Source of the DNA: Macrostomum lignano
Taxonomy: Eukaryota
Assembly: GCA_002269645.1 (NCBI GenBank)
Contig: NIVC01000280.1
Span: forward strand, 558,001-622,000
Reading direction: 5' to 3'
Length of the DNA stretch: 64,000 nt
Position 1 is the first letter of the stretch. The number at the start of each line of letters is the position of its first letter. A program made the position numbers and the translations under genes. The notes beneath the pieces are model-generated. The model worked only from the letters and a program-made list of their open reading frames with translations. It was not told the origin of the DNA and did not search any database. Of the stretch, positions 27,601 to 39,719 are shown piece by piece.

Positions 27601-28297
27601 TGGAGAAGGGGATAGGCACTGTGGGAAAAGCTAGTTGATGGTTATGCAGCGGACCAGAGAAGCCCCCTCACAAAGTAGAGATGTGCCAGAGATGAATTTT
27701 GCTTTAACATAAAAACGGTGACTTTGCGCTCCAATTTTGGCTGCCGGTTCCGATTGCGTCAACCGCCAGTTCCGGTCTTTTTATCAATTTGCTGTCAGAT
27801 CTGGAGTTCAGATATTTAATTGAGGAACAAGGAAGTAAAGCGTCAATCTTGGGCGCAATGGACATGTTCTAAAATAAATGGTTTAGCCGTAAAAAAATGC
27901 TGGTAGTCGCATCCGTGACGTCATTCTGATTAACCTGCCTCGACTGGGCAGCTATCGCCGCCGTTGATCCCACAGTGTTGGGTCGCGCAACTCGCTAATT
28001 TATGAAATTTTCCGATATGAATTTGAATATGGGTCAAATGGATATATTTGGGTGGGGGCGGAGTTGGCAACTTCTGCGCTCGGGTTTAGGGTCAGATGCG
28101 ATAAACGCAACACCGCTACGCAACGCAGCGCCACAGGTGAGCGTTTGAGCATCGGGTGACTCTAATTAGCACCTGCTGGCCATCGCTACCCTGCCTGGCC
28201 TCTGGGTGGGACGGCTGCTCTGGCGGGTGGCTCAGCGATTTCGGCTTTGCGATAGCGATAGGAGGCCGATGGCAGAGTGCGGAGGGAATTGGCGCGA

Positions 28298-29640
28298 AGA
28301 AGGGAGCGGAGAGGGAAGCGGAGAGGGAAGCGGAGAGGGGAGCGGAGAGGGGAGCGGAGAGGGAAGCGGAGAGGGAAGCGGAGAGGGGAGCGGAGAGGGA
28401 AGCGGAGAGGGGAGCGGAGAGGGGAGCGGAGAGGGAAGCGGAGAGGGGAGCGGAGAGGGGAGCGGAGAGGGAAGCGGAGAGGGAAGCGGAGAGGGGAGCG
28501 GAGAGGGGAGCGGAGAGGGAAGCGGAGAGGGAAGCGGAGAGGGGAGCGGAGAGGGGAGCGGAGAGGGAAGCGGAGAGGGGAGCGGAGAGGGAGCGGAGAG
28601 GGGAGCGGAGAGGGAGCGGAGAGGGGAGCGGAGAGGGGAGCGGAGAGGGGAGCGGAGAGGGGAGCGGAGAGGGAGCGGAGAGGGGAGCGGAGAGGGGAGC
28701 GGAGAGGGGAGCGGAGAGGGAGCGGAGAGGGAGCGGAGAGGGGAGCGGAGAGGGGAGCGGAGAGGGGAGCGGAGAGGGGAGCGGAGAGGGGAGCGGAGAG
28801 GGGAGCGGAGAGGGGAGCGGAGAGGGAGCGGAGAGGAGCGGAGAGGGGAGCGGAGAGGGGAGCGGAGAGGGGAGCGGAGAGGGGAGCGGAGAGGGGAGCG
28901 GAGAGGGAGCGGAGAGGGAGCGGAGAGGGGAGCGGAGAGGGAGCGGAGAGGGGAGCGGAGAGGGAGCGGAGAGGGAGCGGAGAGGGGAGCGGAGAGGGGA
29001 GCGGAGAGGGGAGCGGAGAGGGAGCGGAGAGGGGAGCGGAGAGGGGAGCGGAGAGGGGAGCGGAGAGGGGAGCGGAGAGGGGAGCGGAGAGGGGAGCGGA
29101 GAGGGGAGCGGAGAGGGGAGCGGAGAAGCGGAGAGGGGAGCGGAGAGGGAGCGGAGAGCGGAGAGGGGAGCGGAGAGGGGAGCGGAGAGGGGAGCGGAGA
29201 GGGGAGCGGAGAGGGGAGCGGAGAGGGGAGTGGAGAGGGGAGCGGAGAGGGAAGCGGAGAGGGGAGCAGAAATAAATGCGGAGAGGGGAGCGGAGAGGGG
29301 AGCGGAGAGGGAAGCGGAGAGGGGAGCGGAAAGAAAAGCGGAGAGGGGAGCGGAGAGGGGAGCGGAGAGGGGAGCGGAGAGGGGAGCGGAGAGGGGAGCG
29401 GAGAGGGGAGCGGAGAGGGGAGCGGAGAGGGGAGCGGAGAGGGGAGCGGAGAGGGGAGCGGAGAGGGAAGCGGAGAGGGGAGCGGAAAGAAAAGCGGAGA
29501 GGGGAGCGGAGAGGGGAGCAGAAAGAAAAGCGGAGCCGGAGCGGAAAGGGAAGCGGAGAGGGGAGCGGAGAGGGGAGCGGAGAGGGAAGCGGAGAGGGAA
29601 GCGGAGAGGGAAGCGGAGAGGGAAGCGGAGAGGGGAGCGG
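28298..29640. repeat. G-rich 11-12-bp satellite (gcggagagggga)
   Basis: Direct reading; source of several 480-520-aa pseudo-ORFs. Confidence 0.95.
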
Positions 29641-30317
29641 AGTAGGAAACCAAGAGAGCTGAGAGCCGCAAAGAACAAACGTTAAAACAATAGAGCGAAA
29701 AGTTGATTATATGAAGAGAAATACGTTGGATGGAATGCCTTCAAATGTGCATGAAAGTGAATACCGAACAGATTTTACATGTCTGTCTGTTTACTAAGCT
29801 ATTTTTTCGCCATCTATATTTGAGTCAGTCTTTGTTAAGTAGGCCGAATGGCCAACTGTGAGATGAGCGGCACGGCGGGGGTCCGCAACCGTCAGTTTAA
29901 TTGAGGAACCCAGTCCGGGCCAGCAGGGAAGATGTCCAGCTAAAAAAACTAATTTCTTAGCCGGCTCGAGCTCCAACTCGAGGTTGCATCACCTGGCCAG
30001 GCCAGGGCAGAATCTCCTCATCGCTTGTGACAGGCCTCAATCAGAGCGATTGAGGTGCGAATTCGAGCTTAGGAGGCCAGCTGGGCCCGGCCGCGGTTTA
30101 GTAAATTGGCAATCTTCTTTTTGAGCGCTGCTGCTTGCACAACTTTACCCCCCCCCCCGACTGTCCGCTGAAGTTGCCCCGAGGTGTCAGTGTAATTGGA
30201 TTCGAAGTTTCCGAGACAGACAATCATTGATTTATTAAACCACTGCTTTTTATACTAATGATGTTTGATGCAGCTGTGCTACTTGTTCGAGTAGTGGATA
30301 AAGCGCTATGCTTTCAC

Positions 30318-30480
<163 letters not shown>

Positions 30481-31316
30481 CGGGTGTCCACGACAGGCTC
30501 CTGAGTTTTTTGAAAAAAATAATCAGGATTTTTTGACTCACTGAAACCTCCCGAGGATGAAATGTACGTTGGGGACCATGAGGTGATTGGCTTTAAAGTG
30601 ACAAGTTGTATGGTTCGGGTTGCTATAGTAACCGGAGCAGCTAATAACAACCAGTCCCGGTGCATTTGATCACGCAGCCCTGAACCCAAAGATAAGGCTA
30701 TTGGAATAACTTGGGATCACCTGGTGTTCTATTTAAACATGCGACCTGCTGCGCCATTGTCAGCTACGAGTATTTCTATGTGTCTTACAATCACAATTAC
30801 TCAAGTAGTGCATGTTACTCGATCTCTGAGCGAACCCTTAGCTCTCAAGTATATAAATCGCATTCGATGCCCTAGTCGGGGTATAGCTAGTAGCTTCTTA
30901 TTCACCGAATATCCTGGCCTCGCGTCGATTACTAAACATGGGATAACCTGGATCAGTATAACCAGGAATTACTTTTTGGGATGGCTTGTGGCAGCATTTT
31001 CTACGATGCAGAAAATGAGAGGGCTTTTGGACGTTTTGAGGGCTTTTTCGCAAAAACGCAAATTTTACTGCTCACAAAAAACAGTAAAATTAAATACTAC
31101 TAATTCTTTGCTGACTAGGTAACAGAATGTGAAACTGCGCATGATCGAATGATAAAATAGATTCATTTAAATAATAAGTGGAGCTGTGCCATTTTTTATT
31201 TTATGCACAAGTCATGTACGTGGGGTTACACAATTAAAAAGTATCCTAATTTTCTAAACGAAAAGCTTTATGAATATCAATAGAGCCATTGGAATGATGA
31301 GACATGCATATAAAAA

Positions 31317-33256
31317 GGGTCTATGAAATTTGCTAGCCGAAATCTGCTAGCCGAAGTTTGCTAGCCGAAATATGCTAGCCGAAATCTGCTATCCGAAGTT
31401 TGCTAGCCGAAATCTGCTAGCCGAAGTTTGCTAGCCGAAATGTGCTAGCCGAAATCTGCTATCCGAAGTTTGCTAGCCGAAATCTGCTAGCCGAAGTTTG
31501 CTAGCCGAAATATGCTAGCCGAAATGTGCTAGCCGAAATGTGCTAGCCGAAATGTGCTAGCCGAAATGTGCTAGCCGAAATGTGCTAGCCGAAGTTTGCT
31601 AGCCGAAATGTGCTAGCCGAAATGTGCTAGCCGAAATGTGCTAGCCGAAATGTGCTAGCCGAAGTTTGCTAGCCGAAATCTGCTAGCCGAAGTTTGCTAG
31701 CCGAAATCTGCTAGCCGAAGTTTGCTAGCCGAAATGTGCTAGCCGAAATGTGCTAGCCGAAATGTGCTAGCCGAAATGTGCTAGCCGAAATATGCTAGCC
31801 GAAGTTTGCTAGCCGAAATCTGCTAGCCGAAATGTGCTAGCCGAAATGTGCTAGCCGAAATATGCTAGCCGAAATCTGCTAGCCGAAATGTGCTAGCCGA
31901 AATATGCTAGCCGAAATGTGCTAGCCGAAATGTGCTAGCCGAAGTTTGCTAGCGAGAAATTTGCTTGCCGAAATCTGCTAGCCGAAGTTTGCTAGCCGAA
32001 ATGTGCTAGCCGAAATGTGCTAGCCGAAATGTGCTAGCCGAAATGTGCTAGCCGAAATGTGCTAGCCGAAGTTTGCTAGCCGAAATCTGCTAGCGATAAT
32101 CTAACCAAAACCGGCGAACAGCAATTTACGAAGTTGTAATTTGCTAAAGACATTTTTATTGTCCAATCTGGACGACTTAACCTGCCGCCTAGCCTTCGCC
32201 GTGGGTTCTCGTACATGTACGTGTTAAAACGCAATCAGTAGATGACGTCATAGACAAAAAGAAGATACGAGCGTAAGATTTAGGTTTTAACGTAGGTGGA
32301 TTGAAAAATATCTATACATTAACAATACATATAGCTATAGTAAATTGTACCTTGGACATACATGCATGTATCTAGCTATAGATACTGTACACCAACATGT
32401 ATGTTACTGTATGCTAAAGTACTGTATATGCTAAAACTGCACTTGGAAATCGTCAAAATCATTTATATTTTTTTGTCCTATTTTACTCGTAAACATTTGA
32501 TAATGTTTTAGCATTATCAGCTGTAAGGCCGTAGTTCAGGTAGCTCAGGCAGCTGTAGTTCAGGTAGTTAAATTTAAACTTATCTATACACACAACTTTC
32601 AGTCTTAATGGCTGGTAGTGGCAGTATATGGTATATAAGTTATATATTTACTCGTACGAATCAAAGCAGCTCAAATCGGAATCAAAACACAGCAAATAAC
32701 ATGCAACAGCTACGAGAGCAAGACAGCTAGCAAAATCCTTGCTAGCAAAATTCCTGCTAGCAGATTTCGGCTAGCAAAATCCTCGCTAGCAAAATTCCTG
32801 CTAGCAAACTTCGGCTAGCAGATTTCGGCTAGCAGATTTCGGCTAGCGGATTTCGGCTAGCAAACTTCGGCTAGCAGATTTCGTCTAGCAGATTTCGGAT
32901 AGCAGATTTCGGCTAGCAAACTTCGGCTAGCAGATTTCGGCTAGCACATTTCGGCTAGCACATTTCGGCTAGCACATTTCGGCTAGCACATTTCAGCTAG
33001 CAAACTTCGGCTAGCACATTTCGGCTAGCACATTTCGGCTAGCACATTTCGGCTAGCACATTTCGGCTAGCACATTTCGGCTAGCACATTTCGGCTAGCA
33101 CATTTCGGCTAGCACATTTCAGCTAGCAAACTTCGGCTAGCACATTTCGGCTAGCACATTTCGGCTAGCAAACTTCGGCTAGCAGATTTCGGCAAGCAAA
33201 TTTCTCGCTAGCAAACTTCGGCTAGCAGATTTCCTGCTAGCAGATCTCGTACTCCC
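31317..33256. mobile_element. Non-autonomous foldback-type DNA transposon (MULE-like): inverted arms of tandem 14-bp units around a ~630-bp non-coding spacer
   Basis: Left arm (gctagccgaaatgt)n ~31330-32094; right arm reverse complement ~32726-33243; termini GGGTCTATGAAATTTGCTAGC vs revcomp GGGAGTACGAGATCTGCTAGC (16/21); flanking direct repeat TATAAAAA(G) at 31309 and 33257. Confidence 0.8.
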
Positions 33257-33845
33257 TATAAAAAGTATCATTTTTTGTCCGTCTCCTACCATGCATTTTG
33301 TGCTGAAAAAACATGACAGCGTCCACTAAGTAAAGTATGTTTTCGTAAACCTGCCTGCTAAGAATTTTCAAGAAACACAGTTTCCTACCCTTTAACTTAA
33401 GCAGTCCTTGACGCAATGCACACACGCATAAGTTATTAACGCAATCCCGCCGTTTGTGTGAGACACAAACCACTGACTATGTCACAAGGTAAAGCCCTAT
33501 ATAAGCATTGTGTTTTGAGGACTGAGTTATTATTAGATCGGCCTCCATTTTTTTTTATTTTTCCATCCCTATCATTTATTAGTCCCTGACTCCCTGTGCA
33601 TGGGGTACTAGCTAAAAATTGGTTCCTCTCAACATTACGAAATCCGAGATCTACTTCCGGATGTCATATAGATAAATTACAAGACTATACAAATAAATGG
33701 ATGCAAAAAACATCTTTTTCAAAAATGAAAAAGAATAAACATTAGCGTGTTTAAAAAAAACAGACGATTTTACTTCATCAAATTAAAGTTATTAAAATTC
33801 AAATTAAAGTCTGTGTTATACCATATTTCTTGCTCAGAACGCCAG

Positions 33846-33864
33846 CCAATCAGACGATGCCATT
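33846..33864 (+). promoter_or_regulatory. ERSE-like element CCAAT-N9-CCATT upstream of PDIA3
   Basis: ERSE consensus is CCAAT-N9-CCACG; spacing exact, second half 3/5. Confidence 0.3.
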
Positions 33865-34014
33865 TTTGCCGCTATATTTGAATACGGTTCTTACGCGTGT
33901 TACAAATCACAGTCTATATTTTGACACATTTTTTTCTATATTATTTAACCTTAATTAAGTTATCAGGAGTTGCGAAGAAAATTGTTCTAAAGTTGAGAAA
34001 ATTACGAAAGTAAA

Positions 34015-34157
34015 ATGGTTCGATCTTTTTCATTTTTGGTTTTTGTAGCCCTAGCTTCTACCACTTTGGCTTCAGATGTTCTGGAGTTCACAGATGCTAA
34101 TTTTGATTCCCGAATCAAGGACCTTGAAATTGCTCTTGTGGAATTTTATGCTCCATG
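34015..34157 (+). CDS. PDIA3: PDIA3/ERp57 exon 1 (signal peptide to VEFYAPW); not in ORF track
   Basis: MVRSFSFLVFVALASTTLASDVLEFTDANFDSRIKDLEIALVEFYAPW; donor TG|gtaagt (phase 2) joins G-TGC-GGC-CAC to make WCGHC. Confidence 0.92.
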
Positions 34158-34606
34158 GTAAGTTTTCTAGAAAGCATAACACAGTTACAAATCTCTAATT
34201 TCTTTAATTTTTTTAAATTGGAAGAATATGGAAAAAATTGGAATAATTGTTTTCAAAACATTTAGTTTATTGGTCATGAGAATCAGTCTCATTGGAATTA
34301 AATAAGAAGTAGTAGTATCTTATTTTGTTATTTTGTTTTATGATAATATTTTTTTACTTTTAATGTTTTGTAATATGAAACTATTGTTTGATAACATTAG
34401 CCATAGATGTCAAGAAAGGGTACTATGTGTGCTAGAACTTCTAGAAGAAATGCCCCTTGTTTTTTCCTCATGCACATGCACCATGCATCAAAAATGTATT
34501 CCTTGCATTATACACTTGCACTTAGAGTTGCCATATCCTAAAAACAGTTAAAAGAATAGTTTAATAACTTTATAATTCAAAAAATGATTTATTTGTATAT
34601 TAATAC

Positions 34607-35746
34607 CAGTGATGGGCACTGCTAAATTTATTTTTAGCGCCACTAATAAGTGCTGTTGCTAACTGATAGAAGAAAAAAATTAGTGATCGCTAATAGTGGG
34701 CACTATTTCTGTTTTGAATTTAGTGCAATTAGTGCTGCTAATTTTGAAATGCGCTAATTAATAAATATATTTAATGTAAATTACCATTTCACACGTACTT
34801 GCACATTTTTAACTCACACGTTTTAAATGAATAAGCTAATAATGCTATTGCTAATAATTTGTTTTTATTATCAATCCTAATAAAAAATCCTTAAGCTGCT
34901 AAACTGTCAGAGCAACAGTTGGTAGAAAGAGTTCCTAAATTACAATATTGTTTGCCTTGAAAAAAATGTCCCTTGCTACCAGGGCCAGGGCCTTATACTC
35001 AAGAAGGAAGGCAAGATCATCAGCTTGAAATGGTGTTATGGGATTTATTAACCCCACCATCACCCTTTTGATATAGCCTGTCGCTTCGCATCATCACTTA
35101 TAATATCAACTGAGTTAAATGTTGAATTCTTTGATTAAATTATTAAATGAAATGAAATTAATCAATAACTTTTTGCTAACAAATTAAAAGTAGTAAGAAA
35201 ACTTTTAAAAGTCAATGACAAAAACAAGATTAATTGTTGATAACAAAAGCAAAAAAAGAAATTCAAATTTTGTTTTGCATGTCTAAGAAAATTAGAAACA
35301 TATTAGAGATTTAGTATAGGTAGATTTATGTAATCTTTAATGTATTACTCAAATAGGGTCTCATTTTAGGTATTAAACAGTCATTAACCATCTAGTTTTA
35401 TAGCAAAAAATGAATTTAGTGCAATTAGTGATTTTTAGAAAATATTAGTGCCACTTAGATAGCGCACGCTAATTGGAATTTCAATTTAGCAGAATTAGCA
35501 GCACCAACAAAATGTTAGTGGCACTCATGCTTGGGCGCAACCTTGGGATTCACTCGGCCATTCCTATTGGCAACACACATATGTAAGTCACTATTGGACG
35601 GAATAGTAGTCACGTGATTGCTCTCAGCCAATAGCAACTTACATGTATGTGTTGCCAATAGAAACAGCCGAGTGAATCCCAAGGTTGCGCATGTATGGTG
35701 GCACTTTAGCGGAATTCAAATTTAGCCTCACTAGTGCCTATCATTG
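34607..35746. mobile_element. Older hAT-like non-autonomous element in PDIA3 intron 1
   Basis: TIR CAGTGATGGGCACT vs revcomp CAATGATAGGCACT (12/14), sub-terminal GCTAAATTT on both ends; 8-bp TSD ATTAATAC/ATTAATAA (7/8). Confidence 0.65.
35526..35697. mobile_element. 172-bp palindromic hAT-type MITE, copy 1 (nested in the element above)
   Basis: Long imperfect hairpin (gcgcaaccttgggattcactcggc...gccgagtgaatcccaaggttgcgc); perfect 8-bp TSD GTGGCACT; second copy at 57589. Confidence 0.9.
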
Positions 35747-37066
35747 ATTAATAATAATAGGTCCTAGCTTCTAGTGAATAGCAAATAGCAAACAGAGAAT
35801 TGATATCAAAGTCTAAGCAATCTTTTAAATTCATAGGGCCTATTAAAATTAATGATCATCATAAAAGTTAATATAATTTTATAACAAAAAGATTTCTAAA
35901 ATTTTTTAATAAAATTAGTAATATTCTTATATTTTTGCAAATTAATGTATATATCTAACTACATAGTTTCACACTAATTGCACTAAGTTGCAGGCCCTCA
36001 TTTCTCTTTTATTTCAAGTATACTAGAAAAGTCACTAATTTATACTAAAATAATTGGTGGAATCTACCTTTTGACTATAAAGCATCAATAGTAGAATCCA
36101 AGATTTTTCTTAAGTAGGAAAAGGCCAAAGGCCAAAGGTCTCTATTGGAATTCAATTTTAGATCTTATGGAGATATTGCTATAAGTGTTATGCAACAGGT
36201 ATATTGCTAAATTGTGGCACTAGAAAAACTTTGGCAAAGGCAAACTTTTAGTTTTAATTTGTGTTACACTAAAATAACAATGTCAAGATGCTATAAAAGA
36301 GAAAATTAAAATATCTAAATGGAAAATACACTTGCTAGTTTCTAAACAACTTTTTTAAAGCTCTATAAATACTTAAAGGCTTATATTACTATTAAGCTTC
36401 TTATCTTCTAGTCTAGTATTCTATGAAATGAAAATCTTGTATATTTGTATGCAATCAATTATCTCCCAAATGGCTCAACCAATTTTCACTGTTTTTTTGC
36501 CAAAAGATGTCAAATATGCCTGGGATGGTACATGTATTTTTATTAAGCTCTAGCTCATTACTAAAGGGATTAAATATTCAAAAAACTATTTTAAATAGGC
36601 TTTTTCAGTGTATTTTTTTATTAGCCTGTGCGTAGCAAGAAACTTAAAGCCAATTTTAATGATTGCTCCAGAGCCAACTGATAAGAAAACTCACTCACTG
36701 GGCCCTACTGCCAAGATAATTACTCTATTTAAATTGCGTAACCCTACCTGGGGGGAAATAATAAAAATTCTGGATACTGGCAGACAGCCTACCCTAGTAG
36801 CTAGTCTAAATATACTAAATATAGTACTAAACATAAAAAATAAAAGTTCCTAGGAATTGTTTTAACCTTTTGAGACATCATTAACCTTTTTGTAATGTGT
36901 TTAAAATTAAGCTAAATGCATGATGCTAACATGGGACGTAATCCTGAGCTCACAGTGATTACAATTATTAACCAACTTCTGAATAGATTTTTTCTGCATG
37001 CTATTTGGTGCCAAAATTGATAGTGACTGAAAGTGACTGAAATCTACATTGCTAATCTCCGGTCAG

Positions 37067-37621
37067 GTGCGGCCACTGCAAGCGCCTGGCGCCCCAGTAC
37101 GAGGAGGCGGCCACCCGGTTGAAGTCGAGCGATCCGCCTGTACCGCTGGTGAAAGTTGACTGCACAGCCGAGACTGCCGTGTGCGGCAAATACGGAGTGA
37201 GCGGCTATCCCACGCTGAAGATCTTCAAGAACGGCGAGGTCTCCTCTGACTACAACGGGCCGCGCGAGGCGGACGGCATCGTGAAGTACATGAAGTCCAA
37301 GGCCGGGCCCTCCAGCCGGCTGCTGAAAGACGCCAGCGGCCTGGACAAGCTGATGGCCGGACAGGAGCCATTTGTGGTCGCCTTCTTCTCTAGCGAGTCG
37401 GCCAGCGGCCTGTCCGCCTTCAAGCAGGCTGCCGACTCTCTAAGCGAGGATTTCGCCTTTGCCCACAGCGTCTCGGCTGACATCAACTCGAAATTCGGCT
37501 TCAACGATCAGGTTGTGATTATGCGGCCAACTGTGCTGCAGAGTAAGTTTGAGGACAACAAATTGGCCTACAGTGGCGCCATGGACTCCGGAGCTCTGCG
37601 CGCCTGGATTGAGGCTAACAT
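37067..37621 (+). CDS. PDIA3: PDIA3 exon 2 (CGHC a domain and b domain)
   Basis: CGHCKRLAPQYEEAA, GYPTLKIF; acceptor ggtcag|G; donor AT|gtgag. Confidence 0.93.
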
Positions 37622-37689
37622 GTGAGCTTTTGATTGCAAACAACTGAACCTTTTTTAGAAAGTTAATTTATGAGTTCTAGGGGCAAGTT

Positions 37690-38478
37690 TTGAGCTTTGT
37701 GGGGAAGTTTTGAGTTTTGTGGGGAAGTTTTGAGCTTTGTGGGAAAGTTTTGAGCTTTGTGGGGCAGTTTTGAGCTTTGTATGGAATTTTTTAGCTTTGT
37801 GGGAAAGTTTTGAGTTTTGTATGGAAGTTTTGAGCTTTGTATGGAAGTTTTGAGTTTTGTATGGAAGTTTTTAGCTTTGTTGGGAAGTTTTAGGCTTTGT
37901 GGGGCAGTTTTGAGCTTTGTGGGGAAGTTTTGAGCTTTGTGGGGAAGTTTTGAGCTTTGCGGGGAAGTTTTGAGCTTTGTGGGAAAGTTTTAAGCTTTGT
38001 GGGGAAGTTTTGAGCTTTGTGGGAAAGTTTTAAGCTTTGTAGGGAACTTTGAGCTTTGTGGGAAAGTTTTGAGCTTTGTGGGAAAGTTTTAAGCTTTGTA
38101 GGGAACTTTTGAGCTTTGTGGGAAAGTTTTAAGCTTTGTGGGGAAGTTTTAAGCTTTGTGGGAAAGTTTTAAGCTTTGTGGGAAAGTTTTGAGCTTTGTG
38201 GGGAACTTTTGAGCTTTGTGGGAAAGTTTTAAGCTTTGTGGGGAAGTTTTGAGCTTTGTGGGAAAGTTTTAAGCTTTGTGGGAAAGTTTTGAGCTTTGCG
38301 GGAAATTTTTAAGCTTTGTATGGAAGTTTTGAGTTTTGTATGGAAGTTTTGAGCTTTGTGAGGAAGTTTTGAGCTTTATATGGAAGTTTTGAGCTTTGTG
38401 AGGAAGTTTTGAGATTTGTATGGAAGTTTTGAGCTTTGCGGGAAAGTTTTGAGCTTTGCGGGGAAGTTTTAAGCTTTC
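37690..38478. repeat. 20-bp minisatellite (gaagttttgagctttgtggg) in PDIA3 intron 2
   Basis: Direct reading. Confidence 0.93.
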
Positions 38479-38527
38479 TGGAAAATTGTTTGGCTGACCA
38501 CAGCGTCCGCCCCGTTCCCTCATCCAG

Positions 38528-38827
38528 CTACGGCATGGTGGGCCACCGCACCTCGGGCAACAGCAAGTACTTCAAGCAGCCCCTGGTCACGGCCTACTAC
38601 GGTGTTGACTACGAGCGCAATCCCAAGGGCACGAACTACTGGCGCAATCGCATCATGAAGGTCGCTAAGAAGTACACCGGCACCGGCCTGCACTTCTCAG
38701 TTGCCAACAGCAAGGCCATGAGTTTCGAGCTGTCCGAGTTTGGCGTCGACTCGCCCGACGAGCAGAAAGTTTACGTGGCCGCCAAGAATGACAAGGGCCA
38801 GAAGTTTAAGATGGCCGAGGATTTCAC
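38528..38827 (+). CDS. PDIA3: PDIA3 exon 3 (b' domain)
   Basis: YYGVDYERNPKGTNYWRNRIMKVAK is characteristic of ERp57; acceptor catccag|C; donor AC|gtgagt. Confidence 0.93.
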
Positions 38828-38844
38828 GTGAGTGCCTTTGAGTC

Positions 38845-39020
38845 GCCCTGCCTCCTTGCCTCATCGCCCAGGCTCCTTCCCTATCGCCCTCTCTTTCTTG
38901 CTCCATCGCCCAGCCTCCTTGCCCCATCGCTCAGGCTCCTTCCCTATCGCCCTCTCTTTCTTGCTCCATCGCCCCGCCTCCTTGCCTCATCGCCCAGCCT
39001 CCTTGCCCTATTGCCTCGCC
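38845..39020. repeat. C-rich ~21-bp minisatellite (cctccttgcctcatcgcccag)
   Basis: Direct reading. Confidence 0.8.
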
Positions 39021-39719
39021 TCCTTGCCCGATCGCTTGCTTCTTTGTGTTATTTCACCAACAAAACAAACAACTCTACCGGTAACTGTGACCGCCATGCC
39101 AATTATTTTATTTCTTAAACAGCCAGGGTCGCGCGTCAAAGTTGTAAGACTTTTCTCTTAGTTTTATTCATTGTATTTTTTGAAGAATTTTTTTAATCTA
39201 GTGGTGATCCGGGTTGCCTCCATAACCAGAATTATTAAATGCTTCATGCCTGTATATTATCACAAAGGGAAAATTTGTGTGTCGGCGGAACCATTTCGTA
39301 TAAAGGAAGTTATGCGTTCTTAATGCATTTTCGCACAGGTGAATTTTTGCTCATTGAAACGTGCAGTTTCTGCCGGTTTGCCTCTAACTGCCCCCTTCTC
39401 CCGGCATGAATTTCTGCTGACTAATAAAATTCAAGAAATAGACATTGCTGACCCCATTCTTAATCCTGTGCCACGCGTCGCAAACGAATTCGCAACAGCT
39501 GGTAGTCCGCCGCCCGCCCCCACGGTAGTCCTGGGGAGGCTTTTGTCTCCTTTCTCTTTAATACAGTTTACCTGGCTATGTTTATCATGACTCAGCCTTT
39601 GGGTATTGATTCATAAATATTGAATTAAAACTCCATACTTTCTACTCACCCTGCCGCGGCAGTAGTCTGATTGGAGCATTTAAAAAAAACTAAAAAATGA
39701 CAAATTTCAATTCCCGCAG

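Noticed and set aside
28116-29685. GSGE/ERGA/PLPS repeat ORFs in several frames
   Set aside because: Satellite translation in all frames
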